From Paraspadella gotoi (lineage: Eukaryota; Animalia; Chaetognatha), in assembly GCA_051294375.1 (NCBI GenBank), contig CM119269.1, positions 7,545,446 to 7,609,445 of the forward strand: a DNA stretch of 64,000 nt, read 5' to 3'. Positions within the stretch are counted from its first letter, which is position 1. Each line of letters opens with the position of its first letter. Position numbers and translations under genes: made by a program. Positions 51,760-64,000 of the stretch are shown here, piece by piece. Below the pieces are notes generated by a model. The model searched no databases. It had not been told where the DNA came from and was given only the letters and a program-made list of their open reading frames with translations.

Positions 51760-54700
51760 ATGGGCGACAGCGACGAAGAGTACGACCAGCGACGCCGCGA
51801 CAAATTCCGCAGCGAACGGAGCGACTACAGCGGGAGAGGTCCGCCCGGCCCGCCAATGGACGACCGACGTCGACCCGACTGGCAAGACAGGTGAGGTCCT
51901 GGTTAGTAGAGAGAAGAAACCCCCTCTCCTCGACCCGGACATCTTTACAAAATATTTGAAACAAACGGCAATGATAGCCACTCAATCGCCTCAACTCTTG
52001 AAATTCCAGGCGTCCTCCGATGCCACCTTCGAGCGGCGGTGGAGGCGGTTACGGCGGCGGTGGCGGCGGCGGCTACCAGCGTCCTCCGTCGGGTTTCTAT
52101 CAACGACAAGGTGATGGACGCGACCGCCGCGATCCTCCGCCTGGCTACGGTGGGCACAGGAGCGGTGGCGGCGGCGGTGGCGGAGGCGGCGACTACAGGG
52201 ATAACAGATCAAGGGATTACAGTCCGGATCGACGGGGCTACGACCAGCCTCAGTCGAAGAGGCCGAGGAGAGAGTGAGATTACTCTTGTTTTGTTTTGTT
52301 TGTTTTTTTTTTTTTTTTTTTTTTGCAGTGAATTACAAATAACAACCGCTTTATCTTGACTTCTTATTGACTTCTATCCAGAGACGGCGACGGTGGCGGG
52401 GGAAGCGGCGGCGGCGACGTTGGTTATCCCACGCAACCGATGATGATGACGTTTAAGAACTTCCTTTCGCAGGTCTTTACAAATTTTTGAAATTGCCTCG
52501 ATCGATTTATGATTTTAGTTATATTACAATTACATTTTACATTTGTCCGTGTAGCAAGACGATTCGATCGACGACGAAGAAGCCGTCAAGAAATACGCGA
52601 CTTACAAGCTTCAGTTCAAGAAAGAGCAACTCACCAAGTTTTTTGCCGAGCACAAGGACGAAGAATGGTGAGCAATGAGACCAAATAAATGTTTCGAATG
52701 AATGTGTTTGATGACCTTTGTCTGCCGTCACTTAGTATGTCTGCTCGAAATTTGTTCAATGCTTTTCGTCGCTCGAGAAATAATTAATGATTTTTTTTTT
52801 AAATCAATAAATAAAAAAAGAATGTAATTGTCTCTTGAAAAGGATTTAAAATGGACAAATTTCCTTCTCAGATCAACGTCGATACTTCACATGAAAAAAA
52901 AATTGAAAAAAAAAATAATCTTAATCGTCCTCTCGTTTGTTTAATTAAATCAACGCCAAACAAAAAATATATCTCTCACTATCTAAACAACAACAAAAAA
53001 ATATCGCTTCGCCATCTTTCGTGACCACTTTTAACGCTTCCGCTCCGTGACCTGATCTTTTTAGTTAGTATCATAGCTCAGCGAGGGTCGTCCGTCCCCC
53101 CGCGAGCAATGCGGGGGGCACGCGCTCATCGTTCTAGATGGCGCGTTCAGCCAGGCTAGTATTTAGGCGGTCTCTACCCCTGAGATCGGCTTAGGTTCTA
53201 TATATCGCGAACGGTCCCGCCCATTTGTTGTGTGTGAGAGGGAAAGAGACAGAGAGAAAGGGGGGCAAGCACTCGTTCGGGTTCAGGAACCGATCCGTCG
53301 AGGTAAGTTGTGGATATGTTATTGTTCGCGTGATTTTGAGAGACGGCACGTGGAACCTATAACTGTTCATTTAAAATATTGAAATGATGAGCATAAGCAA
53401 TGAAGATTGAAGATTATATTATAGATCCATGTGCCGTTGAGGAGTTTTTAGGAGATTTTCGGCTTAGTATTCTACGAATTAATATTTTATCGGTCCAGGT
53501 TTTTTTTAATATTTCCGGAATCGTTCGATCGCTTCGACTTTTTTTTTTAATTTATTTTTAATTTTTTACTTTTCATCGAAGATTTCCCTCTCAAGCGTCG
53601 GAATTTTATATTTACTATTCAGTTCATCGTATTGACTCTTTCCTTCACCCCCACTTCCCACTCCCCCGTCCTCGCGATCGGTGTCAGGTTCAAATCTCGC
53701 TACCATCCTGACGAATTCGGTTTGAGAGAAAAGGAAGTCGGGGACGGGATTCGCAATCGCAAGTCCGTGTGGGAGTATTTGCTCACGGTGAGTATGCCCT
53801 CCCTTATCTCCAGCCATCCTTCCAATCCCGTTTCTCCTTAACTCCCTTTAATTCCCCATAAGACGAAATTCATGAACGACCTCGCCGTGGATTTGGACAA
53901 GACGGGGGAGATCGTCCGCTTCTTGGACGCGGCCGTGATCAAGCTGGAGGGCGGGTCTGATTTCGATCTGACCATCCTCGACACCTCGGAGGAGCCACCG
54001 CCGGATCTTGCCGACTTGGGCAAAACCAAGGGTGAGAAAAAGATCGAAGTTCCTCGGTTAATGAATCGATCATGGCTTGGGCCGGAAATAAGAAGGCATG
54101 CTTAAATGATTAAATTATTAAATAATAAACTGTTTTATTTTAGCGACGCCGACTGTTTCTTCGACGAACATAGTCAGCCCCAGTGCGTCGGGTACTGCGG
54201 CGGGTGCAGAGACCGGCGCAGCTGGCGACGCTGAGGCCAAGGCGCCTCTCTCGCCCGCCAAAAAGGAAGAGGAAGCCGTCGAAGTAATGAAAAAAGACTT
54301 AATTGTTTAAATACATTTAATAATATTAGTATTTTTGGTTTTATCAAGTTCTTCTTTCTCTCAGGCGAAGAATGAAACCGCCGTAGACGAGGAGGAGGAG
54401 GAGGGTGAGACAGGAAAGAAGAGGAAGAGGAGAGGAGAAGATGGAGAAGACGAGGAGAGCGGGAGCGAGGACGAGGAAAAGGAGAAGGCGGTCAAAGAGG
54501 AGAAGATCACCACGGACGAGGAGGAGGAGAAGAAGCCCAAAGAAGAGAAGATGGAAGAAGGAGAAAAGGACGAGGAGACCAAAGCGGACGAGACGGAGGA
54601 AAGTCGCGACTTACCCGCCCCTGGTAAGTTATAGAAAATATTGATCAACAACACGCTTTGCGACGTTTCACCCGAGTTTTTTTTTTTTTTTTTTCTGTCA

Positions 54701-57053
54701 GCGGCTCCCGTCGTCCCCGCTTCGTCGGAAGAGGCGGTCAAACCTCGCCCTCTTCATCGCACTTGTTCTATCTTCTTGAGGAATTTGGCCCCTAACATCA
54801 CAAAGCAAGAAGTGGATGAGGCGAGTTTTTTTTTCTTGATTGGCAATTCCGCATACCTTAGTTTCTCAACTTCACCATATATTTGACCCGCCCACAATCC
54901 CGTTTCTTAGATGTGCAAGAAGTTTCCCGGCTACTTGCGCTTAGCCATCGCGGATCCCCAGCCTGAGCGCCGCTTCTACCGCCGCGGCTGGGCCTCCTTC
55001 GAGCGCAACGTCAACATCAAGGAGATCTGCTGGAACATCAACAACCTCCGCCTTCGCGACTGCGACTTAGGCGCCATCGTCAATCGCGATCTCAGTCGCA
55101 GGATTCGCCCCATCAACGGAATCTCGCAGCACAAACAGGTTTCACGGGCAAAAGAGAAAAAGTCCGTTGTCGAGGCCAAATAGTTAATACATTAGTAATT
55201 AATGAATATTAAAAACTTTTTGTGTTGTCACGAAGGTCGTGAAAAATGACATTCGTCTCGCGGCGAAAATCGTACAGAACTACGACAGACGCCACAAACT
55301 GCATCAAAATGAAGAAGGAGACAAGGGAAAGAACGGCAGCCTCAATGGTAAATAATGTGAAATCTACGTGTACTTACATGCACTTACTATTATTTGAAAG
55401 GCTTTTGAAATTTTTACCTCGAATCAAACGATTTAAAGCATTACAAATGCTTTGATCGTGATATTGACGCACCCATTACCTTTTCAGGCGCAGGATTTCC
55501 CTTCGCCTCTAAAAATCCTCTTCTGCGAAACATCACCGATTATCTCGTCGACGAGGCCGACGCGGAAGAGGAGGAGCTCCTCGGACTCGACGCTACCAAA
55601 CCCAAGAGTCCAGCGGACGAAATACCCATGGGTAAGACTCCGATTTGGCATGCCGGTGACAACACCAATCAAGAGACGGTCTCTTCACCCTCCCATTCCT
55701 TTGCTATCCAGATCGCGACGAAAAGTTAATAGCCGTGCTCGACCGCCTTGTCCTTTACCTTCGCTTGGTCCACTCCTTTGACTACTATAACGCCATCGAG
55801 TACCCTAGCGAAGACGAGATGCCCAATCGCTGCGGGATCATTCACTCCCGCGGTCCCGATCCCGCAACCCTCATCCCGCCGGTCAAAGTGAGTCTCGTTG
55901 TTTTGGTTTCACTATGAAATTCGTCATCTTCATCTCTCTTTTTCGCCTCAGATAACCCAAAACGACCTGACGGAGTGGATCTCCGCCTTCGAGAAGAAAA
56001 TCGCGCCTTTTCTCGAGTTCAAGGACAAACTGGATCCGGATGAAGCCAAGAAACTCGGATTTAAAGACGAGGAGGAAGAAGTAGAGAAGTTTATTCAGGT
56101 TGGTCCCCAGCAAATTCTTCCAGTTTCCTCCAGTTTGCGCCTTGAGGAAACTTCTCTTTCTTTGAAACACCAGGCGAACACGCATGAGCTCGCCAAGGAC
56201 AAGTGGCTTTGCCCTCTGTCCGGCAAGAAGTTCAAGGGTCCGGACTTCGTGAGGAAGCACATACTCAACAAGCACGTGGAGAAAATTGACGAAGTCAAAA
56301 AAGAGGTCGGGAGTGGAGCGGGAGGAAGAGGAATAGGCGTAATAGACGACTAGCTTTAATTTTTTTTTTTTAGGTGGCGTTTTTCAACAATTACTTGGTC
56401 GATCCCAAGCGGCCGCAATTGCCCGAACATCCGGGCAATAAACCTCGACAAGGTAGTTCCAGCGGGAGTACCCCTATGCACCCGCCGCCATCTGACAACT
56501 ATGGTGTGTGATGCCCTTTTTTTCCCCGGGGCGTTGTGGATAAAGTTTTGATTTCTGTATTTCGTCCCGTAGGTCACCATCGTTCCTACCCTAACGAAGG
56601 GTACGGCGGAAGTCGCGGTGGGAACAACTATTCGGATAGAGGCAATTCGGGCTACGGGGGTGGCTACCCCAAAGGTAAGTTCTTGAAATATGGTTAATAA
56701 AATACGTCTAATTGTTTATATTAACGCAGATCGTCGAGAGCCGGCCATGCCGCCAGCTTACGGCTCGAGCATGTACCGCGGTGGCCCCGGCGGTGGCGGA
56801 TCTAATTACGGTCATCCGCCCAACAACCAAGGGATGTCTGGAGATTATCAGAGGGGCACGGGGTACAGAAATCAGTCGCGCCCGCCGCCTAGGTAAGATG
56901 TGGTGATCCAGTACAATTCATTGTGATCTCTCTTAAAATTGTTTTCATTAACTGACTTAATTTGAATTGACTTTATACAGGGGACCTTACCCCGACACGA
57001 GGTCCATCATCAACTACAGAGACCTGGATTCTCCTGAAGATATCGACTTCTGA
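51760..57053 (+). CDS. SRRT: Serrate RNA effector molecule / ARS2
   Basis: [23 protein letters not shown]; EEWFKSRYHP; [17 protein letters not shown]; zinc finger [26 protein letters not shown]; end [12 protein letters not shown]. Confidence 0.97.
53065..53302 (+). other. Candidate structured poison cassette exon in the ARS2 long intron
   Basis: Acceptor TCTTTTTAG at 53064, consensus donor GAG/GTAAGT at 53303, TAG in all three frames (53135, 53157, 53164). Confidence 0.5.
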
Positions 57054-58104
57054 TTTGAAAACGAAAAAGACGTTTGAGTTGCGTTTTATTTCAATCTTTC
57101 AAATGATCTTTGCGCATACTACCTAGCATAAACATTAAGTTATAAGCTATATATAGTAGTTTTTTTTTTTTAAACGTCTACGTTTTTGGTTGTAAAAACT
57201 TTCAGAATTGAATTCATTCCTTATTATTTAGCTAACTGTTTATCAAATTATCCCTGTATTTTCCATTCAAGAAAAATAAAAATATAATTATTGTTCTCGC
57301 TTAAAAATAGTACTGTTCTCGTAATAGTATTTGTAATATTTAAATAAACTAAATATCTTTTCTGTTAGAAAAACAAAAAGGAGAATTTGTGACCTAAAAC
57401 TTTCCTTAATAATCATGTGAATGATGGGAGAGAGCCTCTGGCAAAAAAATTAAGAACGTAATACTGAGCCGACGTTACTAAATAACATTTGGGGAAAATA
57501 AATAAAGTTAACCAGGACTAATACCTACTAATTGTCCATTTGCCCTAACGATTGGTTAGCGAGCAAAGCAAGGATTGGGCATCATTTGTCAGACACATTG
57601 CAGCGAAAAACGTAGGCGGCGCTGCCGTTCGAGAAATTCCCAGTTGGCTGATGCCATGTCGTTGACAACTTCCACCGTGTTAAGGAATGTTTTAACTGCT
57701 GCTCTGTTTCGATTAACAGTTACGTGATCCTTATCTTCTTTTCTTCTAGTGGTTCTCAGAGTTCACCAACTTATTATCCGATAGTCAATTCCATTAGTAA
57801 TTTTTATTTCTAGGAAATATCCTTACAATTGTCTAAAAAATATACATCAAATGTTTTCCTGTGGTCAGTAAAATTGTTTAGGTGAATATTAAAATTAATA
57901 GGCGCTTAATGTTAACTTTGTCTTTAACAGATGATAGCCCATTTTACCCTGAATAATTAATATTATTTAAAAATAAACAAGAGGCCCGTTCCTGTTGCTT
58001 TTTCTCTTTAATAAGTAATTTACGCACAGAAGATTATACCAGTGAGCCACCGAAAAAAAAGACTTAATGATCTCCTTCCCAACTCTTTGAAATTCCGTTC
58101 TCCA

Positions 58105-58168
58105 TCATGTGACTCATGTGACATTTTTGGCCGTGACGTCCTTATCTTCCCCGTCGACTTGTTATAAA
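58105..58168 (+). promoter_or_regulatory. Candidate MAN1A promoter: tandem M-box/CLEAR-like sites, CRE-like site, GATA, TATA
   Basis: TCATGTGAC twice (58105-58122), GTGACGTC (58133-58140), CTTATC (58141-58146), TATAAA (58163-58168). Confidence 0.5.
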
Positions 58169-58293
58169 CTCGGCCACTCTCTATCACTGCGTCGACGATG
58201 ACGGAAACTCCGCCGTCCCCAGCTCAACGGAACGTGCCCACCAGCTGAATCTCGTCTCAGCATATCGGCGTCAACGCGGCGCCGGCGGGAACC

Positions 58294-62207
<3,914 letters not shown>

Positions 62208-62213
<6 letters not shown>

Positions 62214-62487
62214 GGGCACAGTAAGTCCTAAGTAAGGTAGACAGGATAAAATTTCATACAGCCTCGCTACTCAGATTTAAAGACCACACACTGAATCCAA
62301 AGTTACGTGGACAGCATAAAATTTCATACAGCCTCCCTCCCCAGCTTTTTTTTATCGATGTTTTACAGTTATATGTTACAGTATTATTAAAATGTCGAAA
62401 AGTGAGTAGATTTCATACTTTACAACTTAAAAAATGTTTTAACATACACTTTAAAATTACATTCGAAATATAAAGGTGCCCCTATAA
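62208..62487. mobile_element. Small MITE with 12-bp inverted termini
   Basis: TTATAGGGGCAC (62208-62219) / GTGCCCCTATAA (62476-62487); internal 26-bp direct repeat at 62240-62265 and 62310-62335. Confidence 0.6.
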
Positions 62488-63906
62488 AACTTTTCCCAGT
62501 ATGTATCCCTATCAGAACATACAGTTCTAAAAGGTAGTCTTATCCTTATGATAAAAATAATCATACAATATAACCTTAATCTCCCCCCCAAAAAATTATC
62601 CATTCCCCTTTTTGTTCGGCCTTGTAGATATTATGAGTTTCTCATTAATGATTTTCCAACAGGAATGATGTACGATATCTATTAGAAAACTGGAACAGAA
62701 AGTAATCTAATCTTGTGTTGTGAAGATTGATGGTGAAACAAATAATTTTGAAACTTTCATAGATTTGTTGGCGGAAGCCATTCCTTTCCCTTTTTTAACA
62801 AGTATATAGAGAATTTTGCCGTAACGCCATGAGCTATTAATTTATATAAATGCGTGATAGGTAGAGCAAGCAGAAGGGGGACTATTTCTAAAACATACCA
62901 ATAAAATAGAAAACTTATTAAAAATAGTCAACTTAAGTTTAACCATAAACTACAATTTTTTTTTATGCTTATTACTTACCCACTGTTACGAATCATTGGT
63001 AACTTATCACATATCACATCTGATAATATTACAGGAGGATTTAGCTTTTCGTCCCATTCTCCTCTTCCTCTTCCTTTCTCCTCCTACCCCTCGGTATATT
63101 TTGTCTAGCGATACATTCTCTAGTTTCTACTCTTCTCTACTCTACTCTTCCCTCTATTTCCTTACACCTTCAATACCCCTCAAGCTTATCCTCAGTTTTA
63201 GTTAAGCACCCCTCTTTTATAGTTATGCCTTTAGGTTATGACATGCGACTGACCAATCTTAACGGCAAAAAATACGAATTAAATAATAAAAGAGCATCGG
63301 ATAATAGAGACGCTATAACCAAATAAAAATTTTAAAAAGTACGTCTAAAATTGCTAAAAAAAATTATACTATCCCTCAGCCTGATGAATAATGACAGATG
63401 GACTGAAGCTGTGTCTTATGGATGTGGTATGGTAATGGTGAGAAAAGCAGGTATGCAAGCGACAATTATTACGTCATGATTCCGATTTTGCAAAAAAAAA
63501 TTATTTGAAATGGTGTTCAGCGAATAGTACTAATTCGAGTAAAAGCTCAGATAATGAGTTAGTTTCTTTGTGGGCAGTGTAAAATTAATAGATCAAATCC
63601 ATCCTGAAAGTTGTATGTCCCACAAAGAGTCTCACTCTAAATACTAACAAACTTCTTGAGATTTTAAATTTTGGTGACCGGGAGTATTACTTACTTACCT
63701 ACGTGGAAGAATTGAAAATGATAATGAATGTCCGAAGGATTGCGGAGAATATGGAGACGAACAGAGAAAGTGGTGTAAAAGAATGTAAAGAAATGTAAGA
63801 ATGTACTTGTGGAATAAATAACTCGCTCAATGCGAGAGTCTTTGGAGAATCGAGTGTTGTGGCGAATCCTAAATTCGCCTCCATATAGCTTGGTGAAACT
63901 CAGCTG

Positions 63907-64000
63907 GTCCTATTGGCTTTGACAGCTAAGTGCTCATTCACCAACCGTGAGTTCCGGGTTCAATCCCCTCACGGTCACGCTGATGATGTCGATGTGATGG
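63907..64000 (+). mobile_element. tRNA-like SINE head related to family B, runs off the window
   Basis: CTCATTCACCAACCGTGAGTTCCGGGTTCAATCCCT versus CTCATTCCATCCGTGCGTCCCGGGTTCAATCCCT in the 18195 element. Confidence 0.6.

Noticed and set aside
63381-63406. TGATGA...CTGA as a C/D snoRNA or hammerhead
   Set aside because: Too short for a snoRNA, and no stem II/GAAA.

Overview
Eukaryotic (invertebrate animal) genomic DNA: gene-dense, with GC-rich exons and mostly 50-100 nt AT-rich introns. I cannot identify the species. From left to right: the 3' end of actin (+); an orphan single-pass membrane protein (+); six tightly packed head-to-tail minus-strand genes (transcription order: acetyl-CoA hydrolase/CoA-transferase, a TIR-HEAT protein, WDR75, RPS19, CCT8, ALDH2); then a plus-strand run of Rab4, a C/EBP bZIP, NDUFAF1, FLASH/CASP8AP2-like, ICE1-like, an Ig-superfamily adhesion protein, ARS2/SRRT and Golgi MAN1A. 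Repeats include tRNA-derived SINEs, an hAT-like foldback MITE with an 8-bp TSD, a CRE-type retrotransposon fragment and Penelope-type minimal hammerhead ribozymes. The most notable signals are an operon-like arrangement with candidate trans-splice acceptors, clustering of FLASH (with its ARS2-binding motif), ICE1 and ARS2, a structured poison-exon candidate in ARS2, a TIR-EF-hand-like-HEAT protein retaining the TIR catalytic Glu, a frameshift in the ICE1 coding repeat, and relaxed splice sites. All gene models were spliced by hand and homology calls are from recognition, not database searches.
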